A stretch of DNA of 64,000 nucleotides from Mobula hypostoma (lineage: Eukaryota): contig NC_086097.1 of assembly GCF_963921235.1 (NCBI RefSeq), forward strand, positions 189,350,001 to 189,414,000. The letters are read 5' to 3'. Below are positions 49,375 through 61,517 of the stretch, in pieces. The position numbers and the translations under genes are program-made. Each line of letters opens with the position of its first letter. Within the stretch, counting starts at the first letter, position 1. The notes beneath the pieces were generated by a model. The model was not told the origin of the DNA. It saw only the letters and a program-made list of their open reading frames with translations, and ran no database searches.

Positions 49375-51910
49375 TCAAGATTCAAGACTATTTAATGTCA
49401 TTTATACACAAGTATAAAGGAGAATGAAATAACTGTTACTCCAGATCCAATAAAACACAATAATAATAATAAAAAAAACACAAGATACATAAATAATTAA
49501 GATAGCCGAGATACACAGATTGATTATAAGTCCATAAAGGGATACTAGACACAGTAGCATCTGTACATACAAGGTAACTGACAGGAAATGATAAGGTAAT
49601 GTTGGTTGGGAATGTGGAGGGGTAGGTTAGTGGGTGAAGGTATTGATCAGCCTTACTGCTGAGGGAAAGTAACTGTTTTTGAGTCTGGCAGTACTGGTGT
49701 GGATGCTATGTAGCCTTCTCCCTGATGGGGTGGGTGGGATACTTCATGATGTCATTGGCCTTTTTCTGGCACCTTTCTGTATACATCCCTGCTGTCAGGT
49801 AGGCTGGTGCAGGGAATGCATTGGGCAGCTTTGACTACCCATTGTACAGCCTTCCTATTCGCTGCAGTGTGGTTTCTTTACCATGCAGTGATGAGGCTTG
49901 TTAGGATGCTCTCTACTGCGCACCTGAAATATGTCTTTTGTGTTTTATATTTTCTGTTTCTGATTTTTTTTTTGTTTTTGTTGCTTTTTGTACTTTTTTT
50001 TTTCTACATGGGGTAGTGGAGGCGTACAATGTTTCTCTTTGAACAGGTTGGTTCCACGGTTTTTCTTTGTTTCATGGCTGTCTACTTGTGGGGAGGACGA
50101 GTTTCAGGGTTGTATACTGCATATGTACTTTGAACTTTTACCTGTATAGATGATGTGAACAGTCCAGCTCCTTTCAGCCTCTTCAAAGTAGAGGTGTTGG
50201 TGAGCTTTTCTCATTGTGTAGAATGTTGTGCAATATATGCACTCTCAGGAGCTTGAAACTGTTCATGGTTTCCACTGCTGTGCCACCGATGTAAAGAGGG
50301 GTGTGAGTGGTATGAGTTTTCCTGAAGTCAATAACCATCTCCTTAACTGGGGAAATTTCCAGTGGCCAAACATTTTAATTCCCGTTCTGACATGTCGATC
50401 CATCTTCAGGGTGGAGGAACACCTTATATTCTGTCTGGGTAGCCTCAGACCTGATGCATGAATGTTGATTTCTCCTTCTAGTAAAAAAAAATTCCTTTCC
50501 CCGTCCCCTCTTCTTCTATTCCCCACTCTGGTCTCTACCTCTTCTCACCTGCATATCACTTCCTCTGGGGTCTCCTTCTCCTTCCCTTTTTCCTTTCTCC
50601 TCTTCTATCAGATTCCTTCTTCTCTAGCCTTTCATCTTTCTTACCCACCTGGCTTCATCCATCACCTTCTAGCTATCCTCCTTTCCCTCCCCAACTCACC
50701 TACCCCCCTTTATTCTGACATCTTCCCCCTTCCTTTCCAGTCCTGAAAGGGTCTAGGCCCGAAACATTGACTGGCTGTTCATTTCCATAGATGTTGCCTG
50801 ACCTTCTGCTTTCCTTCAGCATCTTGTGCAAGTTGCTTTGGATTTCCTACATCTGCAGACCTTCTCATGTTTAACCATCTCCTTTGTCTTGTTAACATTG
50901 AGGAAGAGGTTATTTATCTGGGACCAAGCTTCAAGCTCTTCCACCCACTCTCTGTAAGTCATCGCATTGTTGTTGGTAATGAGCCTCACTGCTGTCGTGT
51001 CATCAGCGAACTTGACAACATGATTACTCAGGTGGTTGGCCATGCAGTCATATAAGCAGACTGTACAGGAATGGTCTCAGCACACAGCCTGGGGAACACC
51101 CGTATTGAGGATGATGGGGAGGGAGGAGCAGTTGCGCATCCTGACATATCTGAGGTCCATTGGTTAGGAAGTCCAACGCCCAGTTGCACAGCGGTGTATT
51201 TAGACAAAGAAGTAGGAGTTTGTTCAAAGTCTGTAGAACAACAGTGCCGAATGCCGAACTGAAATCCAGAAACAGCATTCTGACACAAGTATTCTTGTTT
51301 TCTAGGTGTGTCAAGGTCAGGTATATGACAGCTTTGGTGGCATTTTTTTTTGAAGATGTGGCATGGATATGATCTCAGGGAAACTTTTTTTTAAAATAAC
51401 AGCATTTATTTCTAATCACCTGATGTGTACTTTTTTGTGTGCAGGGATAGTGACTTTGATTTAATTTGTCCTTGATGCTGTGAGTCCTTGTACTTGAGTG
51501 ACCTTGATGCTGTGGCATCTGTCATGGAGCAGTTTTGCTGGTAAGCATGTTGGTGAGTGTCCAGTGTGGCAGTAAAGGAGTTTGTGATATGTCCCGTTAT
51601 TAGCCATTCAAAGCACTTCATGATGATTGATGTCAGTTTTGTTCTGAAGGTGTAGAGTTCTTTGGTACAGGGATGATAGTGTCTGAGTTGAAGCCTGTGG
51701 GGACAGCAGCTTGGATGCATGAAGTGTTAAAGGTGTCCGTGAAGATGTCACTCTGAGTACGTGGCCTGAGATGTTGTCTGGCCTAACTGCCTGACAGGGG
51801 TTGAGACTCTGCAGAGTCCTATTCACATTTGTTGCTGTTTCAGACAGTGGCTGCTTTTGTGGCCAGCATTGTGTTGCATGCCTCGAAGTGTACATATAAG
51901 TTGTTTAGAG
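49375..51910 (-). mobile_element. Degenerate Rex1/Babar LINE with nested insertions
   Basis: MKCFEWL, RMLFLDFSSAF, VKFADDTT and LNVNKTKEM. Confidence 0.8.
50345..50870 (+). mobile_element. Old Penelope GIY-YIG end plus pLTR
   Basis: RVEEHLIFCLGSLRPD; degenerate ribozyme CAGTCCTGAAAGGGTCTAGGCCCGAAACATTGACT. Confidence 0.8.
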
Positions 51911-53139
51911 GATAATATCTTACTGAAATTAAAGTATGTTTATTAATCAATCATATATGGGGTTCAAAATTAAACAATTGAGGCAGTGAAATGAGAAAAA
52001 ATGGAAATTAATGCAGTGGAACCAAAATGTTAATTCAAGCCTTTGGAGTACAAACACTGGGAAAGTCAGCTAACTATGCATCAGGTCTTGTAGAAGTACT
52101 TAAGACAAAAGGCAATTATACCTCACCTTGGCACACAACTGTAATCACTTTACATTACAGAAATGGAACAAAACAGAAGCACAATCATGTATTTAAATAT
52201 TCAACCAGATTTGTTTAAAATAAAACTGAAGTACTAAAATTTTGATCCTTTATGTACACATCCTTCACATGTGTATTATCAGTAAAAAAACTACTATTCT
52301 GTCTTATAAAATGTAACTATTTTGCACATATTCAAAATGAAACTTCAAATGCAATAAATGCATACCAAAAATAACATTGTCTAGTTCATACTTCATCAAG
52401 GTGCTTTTTTTTTTAGTAAGTTCATAACTTTGCAGCTTGATAACATACATAATTAACTTTCAACATGCACAGGAATGAACAGAACAAGCTAAAGATGAAA
52501 GATTCTCTTGCAACTCACATCCCATTCTCAAAATATTTCTTATGGGATTTATAAATTACACATTCAAAAGATACGCTGAAACTGCATATATTTAGAAATG
52601 GAAATGGGTATTAAGTCTGAGATACAATCTTCTTTCAAAACCAGTACTGTATTGCATTAACTAATCCATTTGTAGCAATCTCAATGGAATGGCCTCTGAT
52701 TAATAGGCAAGATTTATAGCTTCAATCAGGCATAAATCAATTGCAATTAATGTTTTAAAAAAATTAAATAATAACCCAAAACCTTTTCCTCAGAAAGAAT
52801 GTCAAGAGAGCAGTGTCAGTTGCAATCTATTAGAATTTCAGAAATCATTAAAGTTAATATCATCATAATCAAATCTCTTCATGTTATTCTACAAGTAGGG
52901 ATTTTCTGTCAGTAATACAAAAGCACAACTGGAAGTAACTAGTTGAAATAACTTTCAAAACTAGTCACGCAGTCATAGAGCACTACAGCCCAGAAGCAGA
53001 CCCTTCGACCCATCTCATGTTCAGAAATAGCTGACAATATTAAACTACAGAAATATTCACTTTATAGTTGAGTTCTATATTGTCTATAACTAACGTATGA
53101 AGATTTACCTATTGGAATATTTTTTTCACCCCTATTGGG

Positions 53140-53860
53140 TGGTGTGTGGTGTTTATGTGTACTTTTCCCTCAATCTCTGGTCCTCTACCAGAGGCCTGGG
53201 AGTTTGGGGGTTTGGTGCAGTATCCTTCTGTTCCTAGTAGAATGCTCTTCTGGAACAAGATCTCAGATGTTGTTCTAGGGATGTGTTAGAACCATTCTCC
53301 CAGTCGAGATTCACAGCTCCAAGTGCTCCTATCAGCGGGGTGATTTTGGTTTTAACCTTCCACATCCTTTCTATTTGGCCTTTCAAGCCTGGTATTTCTC
53401 CAGGTTCTTTATTCTGATGTTACTGTCATTTGGGATTACCACATCTAATACTATTGCTTTCTTCTGTTCCTTGTCCAGTATTACTATGTCTGGCTGGTTG
53501 GCCAGTACCTGTTTATCAGTCAGCATTTGGAAGTTCCACAGGATCTTACTCTGTCATTCTCCACTACCTTCTCGGGTGCTTCCCATTTAGACTTGGAGTG
53601 TCCAATCCATACTCAGAGCAGATGTTCCTGTACACAATTCATGCAACTTGGTTGTGCCATTCAGTGTATGCTGTCACTGCCTGCATCTTGCACCCTGTTA
53701 CTATGTGCTGGATGGTTTCAGTGGATTCCTTGCACAGTCTGCATCTTGGGGTTTGTCTGGTGTGATAGACCCCGCTTCTATTACTCTCGTGTTCAGCGTC
53801 TGTTCTTCTGCAGCCATGAGCAGCGCCTCTGTGCTGTCCCTCAGCCCTGCCACTGGTAGG
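53140..53860 (-). mobile_element. R4/Dong (Rex6-like) non-LTR retrotransposon 3' fragment with restriction-like endonuclease
   Basis: CRLCKESTETIQHIVTGC (CCHC), WHNQVA, and ILWNFQMLTDKQVLANQPDIVILDKEQKKAIVLDVVIP (PD-D/ExK-type). Confidence 0.8.
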
Positions 53861-54109
53861 ACTCTGGAGGCTGACATCAGGAACCATCTGAGTTCTGCGG
53901 TGCAGGGGTCCAGGGTTCAGGTTTCGACAGTGGTGGCCCAGTAGTGGTCTTGGGCTGGCCCCTTGAGCTTACACTACATCTGCCACAAAAATCTCCGGAT
54001 GAGAATGACAAGAACAGTAAGAGTCATGCCGGATCAAATGTCGCCCAGATTAACAAGGTCTGCGCCAATTGTTGGGGAACCAGAACCATCTGGCAAAGAA
54101 TTGGCTACC

Positions 54110-54500
54110 AGATGGTTCTAGGAACGAAAGGGTTATCATATGAGGAACGTTTGATGGATCTGGATCTGTACTCACTGGAATTCATAAGGATGAGAGGGGA
54201 TCTTATTGAAATCTTTCAAAATGTTGAAAGGCCTAGACGCAGTAGATGTGGAAAGGATGTTTCCCATAGTGGGAGAGTCTAGGACTAGAAGGCACAGCCT
54301 CAGTATAGAGAGGTGCCCTTTCAAAACAGAAAAGCGGAGAAATTTCTTTAGCCAAAGGGTGGTGAATTTGTGGAATTTGTTGCCACATGCAGCTGTGGAG
54401 GCCAGGTTGAGGAGGAGAGAAAAAAAAGGATCAAACATGATTGAATGGCGGAGCAGATTCGATGGGCCAGATGGCCTAATTCTGCTATGTCTTATGGAAC
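54110..54500 (+). mobile_element. CR1 3' fragment
   Basis: LYSLEFIRMRGDLIE and RRNFFSQRVVNLWNLLP. Confidence 0.88.
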
Positions 54501-55204
54501 AAACTATTTTATACCAAACTATATATATAAAAATTTTAAATTTTGTCATTTGGACTATTCTTAGTTTCTTTGCTATAAAATGTCTCAATAACTTGTGGTT
54601 AAATTTTGCATTATTTAGGATTTGAAACAATTTTAACTATAGAAAGTTATTGTTCTGAAGCATTATCTCTCCTGTGCTCTCCCTCTCGCACCCTATCCCT
54701 CAAGATGCTGGCTAACCTACTCATTATTTCCAAATCACTTATTTTTATTGTTGACTACAAATCCTAAGTTGAAGCTGTAGAATTACAAGAAAACCCTTTA
54801 AGACAGAATATCCACACGTAGTGCTAATATTAAGGAGCATCTTCTCTCAACACAGACAGACCCTGCATTTACAGCCATTTGGGTCACAGAAAGTCAACTT
54901 TAAGAAATCAACATTTGGAATAAAATTTGCTCCTATGGAACTTGGGTGGAGGGGGGATAAGTAAATACAAAACACAAATGTTTTTTTATATTTTTTCTCA
55001 ATTAGAGTTCTTAATGCATGTGAAGGTGATGTTTTTTTCTAAAACATAGTAGCTTCATTTAACTGTCTTGCTGTATTTCAACCTCATCGCAACCATCCCA
55101 CCCACAAGAGTTTTGCTAATTATTTACTCCTAAGATGTTTTAAAAAAGGCCAGTAAGTTTAAATGCAAGTTGTTAATCTAAATTTATTGGAAGTATACAC
55201 TACA

Positions 55205-57130
55205 CCTACTGCTCTACCTTCATCTTCGTGTTTAGTCACATCATCAAAAAATTCAATCAAGCTCATAAGGCACAACCTGCCTTTGACAAAGCCATGCTGA
55301 CTATTCTTAATCATATTATGCCTCTCCAAATGTTCATAATCCTGCCTCTCAGAATCTCTTCCATCAACTTACCAATCACTGAGGTAAGACTCAATGGTCT
55401 ATAACTTCCTAGGCTATCTCTACTCCCTTTCTTGAATAAGGGAACAACATCTGGAACCCTCCAATCCTCTGGAGCCTCTCCCCTCCCCATTGATCATGCA
55501 AAGATTTTTGCCAGAGGCTCAGCAATCTCCTCCCTCGCCTCCCACAGTAGTCTGGGGTACATTTCATCCTGTCCCGGAGACTTATCCAACTTGATGCTTT
55601 CCAAAAACTCCAGCACATTCTCTTTCTTAATGTCTATATGCTCAAGCTTTTCAATCTGCTGTAAGTGATCCCTACAATCACCAAGATCCTTTTCCATAGT
55701 GAATACTGAAGCAAAGTATTTATTAAGTATCTCTGCTATCTCCTCCAGTTCCATACACACTTGATCGATCTATTCTCTCACGTCTTATCCTCTTGTTCTT
55801 CACATACTAGTAGAATGCTTTGGAGTTTTCTTTAATCCTGCTCACCAAGGCCTTCTAATGGCCCCTTCTGGCTCTCCTAATTTCATTCTTAAGCTCCTTC
55901 CTTCAAGCCTTATAATCTCCTAGATCTCTATCATTACCTAGTTTTTTGAACCTTTCATAAGCATTTTTTTCTTCTTGACTAGATTTTCAACAGCCTTTGT
56001 ACACCATGGTACCTGTACCCTACCATCCTTTCCATCTCATTGCAACATACCTATGCAGAACGCCATGCAAATATCCCCTGAACATTTGCCACATTTCTTC
56101 CATCCATTTCCCTAAGAACATCTGTTCCCAATTAATGCTTCCAAGTTCCTGCTTGATAGCTTTATATTTCTCCTTACTCCAATTAAACACTTTCCTAACT
56201 TACCTGTTCCTATCCCTCTCCAATGCTATGGTAAAGGAGATAGAATTGTGATCACCATCTCCAAAATGCACTCCCACTGAGAGACCCAGCACCTGACCAG
56301 GTTCATTTCCCAATACCAGATCAAGTACAGCCTCTCCTCTTGTAGGCTTATCTACATATTGTGTCAGGAAACCTTCCTGAACACACCTAACAAACTCCAC
56401 CCCATCTAAACCCCTTGCTCTAGGGAGATGCCAAATCAGTATTTGGGAAATTAAAATATCCTACCATGGAAACCCTGTTATTATTACAGGGTTTCCAGAA
56501 TCTGTCTCCCTATCTGCTCCTCGACATCCCTGTTACTATTGGGAGGTCCATAAAAAATACCCAGTCAAGTTATTGACCCGTTCCTGTTTCTAACTTCCAC
56601 CCAGAGAGACTCAGTAGACAATCCCTCCATAACTTCTTCCTTTTCTGGAGCCGTGACACTATCTCTGATCAGCAGTGCTACACGCCCACCTCTTTTGCCT
56701 CACCTTCCTGTCCTTTCCGAAACGTCTAAAGCCTGGCACCCTAAGTAACCATTCCTACCCCTGAGCCATCCAAGTCTCTGTAATGGCCACAACATCATAG
56801 CTCCAAGTACCGATCCATGCTCTAAGCTCATCTGCTTTGTTCATAATGCTTCTTTCATTAAAGTAGACACATCTCAAACCATCGGTCTAATGCATCCCTT
56901 CTCTATCACCTGTCTTTCCTCCCTCTAACACTGTCTCCAAGCTTTCTCTGTTTGTGAGCCAACCGCCCCTTCTTCCGTCTCTTCAGTTCGGTTCTCACCC
57001 CCGCCCCCCCGGCAATTCTACTTTAAACTCTCCCCAATAGTCTTACCTCCCTGCCAGGATACTGGTCCCCCTCGGATTCAAGTGCAACCCGTCCTTTTTG
57101 TATAAGTCACGCCTGCCCCAAAGGAAGTCA
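55205..57130 (-). mobile_element. CR1 fragment (ORF1 end, endonuclease, RT N-terminus)
   Basis: PTRGEAVLDLVLGN, GDHNSI, KSPGQD and SQHGFVKG. Confidence 0.88.
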
Positions 57131-57497
57131 CAATGCTCTCAGTTATCATTGCAGATTGAGTGCAGGTGCTGTAGAAAGCAATCACCCTACTTGCATTTGA
57201 TTTCTCCATGCCTGGTGAGAATACTGAATGTAGCTGGCTAGATTGGAAGAGATGCATGCAAATCACCTAGTATGATTGTTTGGGTCACTGATGGCTGCAC
57301 AGATCTGGAGTGGTGATGTCATTAACAAATATGATACAAGAATGAGAGATTAACATTTTGGTACACTAAAAGCCAATGCCAGTTAAAAAGCATAACAGTG
57401 ATGAATGCAGACTAGTAAACTGATAATAGGATTTTGGATGAGTTGAACTAGAAGGATGGACAATTTGAAAACAGACACTGAAGAGTAATTTTTAACA

Positions 57498-58706
57498 ACA
57501 CACATAAAAGTTGCTGGTGAATGCAGCAGGCCAGGCAGCATCTGTAGGAAGAGGTGCAGTCGACGTTTCAGGCCGAGACCCTTCGTCAGGACTAACTGAA
57601 GGAAGAGTGAGTAAGGGATTTGAAAGTTGGAGGGGGAGGGGGAGATCCAAAATGATAGGAGAAGACAGGAGGGGGAGGGATGGAGCCAAGAGCTGGACAG
57701 GTGATTGGCAAAAGGGATACAAGAGGATCATGGGACAGGAGGTCCGGGAAGAAAGACAAGGGGGGGGGGTGACCCAGAGGATGGGCAAGGGGTATATTCA
57801 GAGGGACAGAGGGAGAAAAAGGAGAGTGAGAGAAAGAATGTGTGTATAAAAATAAGTAACAGATGGGGTACGAGGGGGAGGTGGGGCATTAGCGGAAGTT
57901 AGAGAAGTCAATGTTCATGCCATCAGGTTGGAGGCTACCCAGACGGAATATAAGGTGTTGTTCCCCCAACCTGAGTGTGGCTTCATCTTTACAGTCGAGG
58001 AGGCCGTGGATAGACATGTCAGAATGGGAATGGGATGTGGAATTAAAATGTGTGGCCACTGGGAGATCCTGCTTTCTCTGGCGGACAGAGCGTAGATGTT
58101 CAGCAAAGCAGTCTCCCAGTCTGCGTCGGGTCTCGCCAATATATAAAAGGCCACATCGGGAGCACCGGACGAAGTATATCACCCCAGTCGACTCACAGGT
58201 GAAGTGATGCCTCACCTGGAAGGACTGTTTGGGGCCCTGAATGGTGGTAAGGGAGGAAGTGTAAGGGCATGTGTAGCACTTGTTCCGCTTACACGGATAA
58301 GTGCCAGGAGGGAGATCAGTGGGGAGGGATGGGGGGGACGAATGGACAAGGGAGTTGTGTAGGGAGCGATGCCTGCGGAATACAGGGGGGGGGGGAGGGA
58401 AAGATGTGCTTAGTGGTGGGATCCCGTTGGAGGTGGTGGAAGTTACGGAGAATAATATGCTGGTGGGGTGGTAGGTGAGGACCAGGGGAACCCTATTCCT
58501 AGTGGGGTGGCGGGAGGATGGAGTGAGTGCAGATGTACGTGAAATGGGGGAGATGCGTTTAAGAGCAGAGTTGATAGTGGAGGAAGGGAAGCCCCTTTCC
58601 TTAAAAAAGGAAGACATCTCGCTCGTCCTAGAATGAAAAGCCTCATCCTGAGAGCAGATGCGGCGGAGACGGAGGAATTGCGAGAAGGGGATGGCGTTTT
58701 AACGTT
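57498..58706 (-). mobile_element. Young Neptune-type PLE, 5'-truncated, single pLTR
   Basis: 14-bp TSD AGTAATTTTTAACA at 57484-57497 and 58707-58720; open GIY-YIG frame ending ...PDGMNIDFSNFR. Confidence 0.94.
57558..57593 (-). ncRNA. Minimal type I hammerhead ribozyme motif
   Basis: Exact reverse complement of the 36-nt motif. Confidence 0.8.
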
Positions 58707-59343
58707 AGTAATTTTTAACATTAGGCATCGAGAGAAAATGAGGGCCCCAACAGCAGTTGAAATCATAGATATTATTACAGGTACAATATAATTATACCAA
58801 TGTTTCAATTCCCGTATTCCAATGTTTAACTGTCACTTTCCTTGTGTATTCCTCCAAGACAGTCAGACCAGTATTTTCTATTGCACGTTAGACACAAAAT
58901 TAACAGTTGACCAATTTATATCTAAATCACATATCCCTCTCCCACTGGCCTCTGCCTTTCATTCTTCACCCATCATCTAATGGCTCCTGTCTCACAACTC
59001 CCCACTGCTCCTTATACTGCCTGTCTTCCCTCTTCACTCTCAATCCTGAAGCAGTACTTCCACCTGAAATTTTGACCCTTTCTCTCCCCAAACACTCCCA
59101 CTCCACAAATACTGACTGCTCAACTTATTAAGTTCCTTTGCTTAAAGCTATTATGCTTTAATTTGTATATAAAACACATTTGAACATTTTTCACACCTAA
59201 TGAACTACTGATGAATTATAAAGACCCTTCAACACAAGGTAAAATTGGAAAATCCTCTGTAAATTGTACTTAAAATTTTAAGGAAATGAGTTCACTGTTA
59301 AGAGGACAATAAGTGAAATTCTCACACACAAAAAAAGAATTAC

Positions 59344-59531
59344 CTCTCAGATTTTTTATTTTTCATCTGCTTGGCACTTCGCTGCTTGGAAGATTCAGTT
59401 ACTTGTCTGTGGCTTGGAAGCTTTGTTCGTCTAGCACCCTTCCTGTAATTCTCTTTACAGCTCTCACTTTCACTCTCAGATGTATGATCAATGTCTCGTT
59501 TTGCTTTTACTGTCGTTGAAGCAGCTGGAAC
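59344..59531 (-). CDS. LRRCC1: LRRCC1 internal coding exon (first in window)
   Basis: ttttaag|GTT acceptor and AG|gtaat donor; 188 nt, phase 0 to 2. Encodes VPAASTTVKAKRDIDHTSESESESCKENYRKGARRTKLP..., resembling the KRDxDxTSES...RRxKxP segment I recall from vertebrate LRRCC1; in frame with the next exon. Confidence 0.8.
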
Positions 59532-60369
59532 CTTAAAAATTAAGAAATCCAGCATGAAATGTATTTCCTCTGTTTCACAAGTATTGATTGCAAAAATCCA
59601 ATTTAAGTGGAATTAGCCTTAATAACTATGCAACTCTTTACTGTAAAATATATTTAGGTCACAGCAAAATCAATAGAAACTCAATGATTTATAGGAGAGG
59701 TAAATCTACAACCAGAATGTTAATTTTGGCAAAATCAACTTTTGTCCTCCACTCATCCTTATAAGATTGCGGTTTACCCTGTTTTCCCACAAACCTGTTT
59801 CAAAAATGCAAAATAATATCTGTGACTTCCACATGGTACAGCCAATATATATTTGCAATTCAGTATTAGGTTTAAAAATCATCTCAGATAACTGTTATCA
59901 AAGTTAAAACGGGCAACTTCTCTGCTTTTTTTAAAACCACTAGAAGTTAGAGTTCATCAGCCTGTTTAAGCAGAGTCAAAGAATTGCTATAACACAGGTT
60001 GCAGGGAACTATTTTATAGATGCTGAATGATAACTTCATTCTTTCTCAAAATTAAGTGAACAAGTCAATACTGACTTTGAGCATAGCCTCTAAATGTGTA
60101 TGAATGTAAGCATTGGCTACATACTATAGATTAATGAGAAAGTTACAGATATCGTTATTCTGGAGTGAAAATAACAGTCTTCCAAACATTTGTAAGTTAA
60201 TTTATGCTTGTTCAATGCAAGGTGCAATGCTGCTTTGAGAAAGATGGAGGGAAGATTAGTGTAAAAACGAGGATATTTGAGTCTGCACTGGGATTAACCT
60301 GTACTAATTAAGATAGTATGAAATATTCAGTCTTTATTCTCTGTACTCAAAAAATAAATCCATTACTGC

Positions 60370-60630
60370 TGCAGGTGAGGACAGCACCAATGGTGGAGAA
60401 AAGAAAACCCTGTTTTTTTGGAGGAGGAGGATGAGAACATCTATGATGCCCTGGAAAGGAAATCCTCATCCTGGGAACAGATGTGGCAGAGACAAAGGAA
60501 CTGAGGAAAGGGAATAACATTTTTACAGGAGACAGGGTGGGAAGAGGTATAGTCAAGATAACCATGGGAATTGGTATGTTTATAAAAGATGTTGGTAGAC
60601 AGCTTGTCTTCAAAGATGGAGACAGAGATA
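60370..60630 (-). mobile_element. Older Penelope RT C-terminal fragment
   Basis: Homologous to the YKPT..H.YLDY..SHP.SCKNAIPFSQFL region of the young copies. Confidence 0.75.
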
Positions 60631-60639
60631 TCAGGAAAG

Positions 60640-61515
60640 TGAATCTAGGTCCCTTGGAGGACCAGAAGGGGGAATTGATATTGGGTGATGAGCAAACGGC
60701 AGAGGCTTTGAAAGACTATTTTGTGTTGGTTTTCATGGTGGAGGACACATCCAACATACCAAAGAGAGATGTTATGGATGCGATGGGAAGTGAGGACCTC
60801 GATACAATAGCTATCACTAAATAGGCATTGCTGAGCAAACTTGTGGCCCTGAAGATCGACAAGTCCCCTGATCCTGATGAAATGTATCATAGAAACATAG
60901 AAAATAGGTGCAGGAGTAGGCCATTCGGCCCTTCGAGCCTGCACCGCCATTTATTATGATCATGGCTGATCATCCAACTCAGAACCCAGCCTTCCCTCCA
61001 TACCCCCTGACCCCTGTAGCCACAAGGGCCATATCTAACTTCCTTTTAAACATAGCTAATGAACTGGCCTCAACAGTTTGCTGTGGCAGAGAATTCCACA
61101 GATTCACCACTCTCTGTGTGAAGAAGTTTTTCCTAATCTCGGTCCTAAAAGGCTTCCCCTCTATCCTCAAACTGTGACCCCTCGTTCTGGACCTCCCCAA
61201 CATCGGGAACAATCTTCCCGCATGAAATGGCAGAAGTAATAGTAGAGGCTTTGGTGATAATTTGCCAAAATTCTCTGAGCTCTGGGCAGGTCCCAGTGGA
61301 TTGGAAGATGGTGAATGTCACACCGCTGTTCCGCTGTTCAAAAGGATGTAGGCAAAAGTAAGTTAACTATAGGCCAGTTAGTTTAACATCTGTAGTTGGG
61401 AACATGCTTGATGCTATTATTCATTAAAGAAGAAATAGCAGGGAATCTGGAAAGAAATAGACACAGCATGGATTCAGCAAAGGCAGGTCCTGTTTGATAA
61501 ACTTACTGGAGTTCT
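60640..61515 (+). mobile_element. CR1 ORF2 fragment hosting a younger CR1 tail
   Basis: AEALKDYF, DKSPDPD, NYRPVSLTSVVG and QHGFSKG. Confidence 0.82.
60889..61222 (-). mobile_element. Short 3' copy of the same young CR1 subfamily as 44585-48265
   Basis: Highly similar to 44585-44925, including the TAGAAACATAGAAA tail. Confidence 0.92.
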
Positions 61516-61517
61516 TA

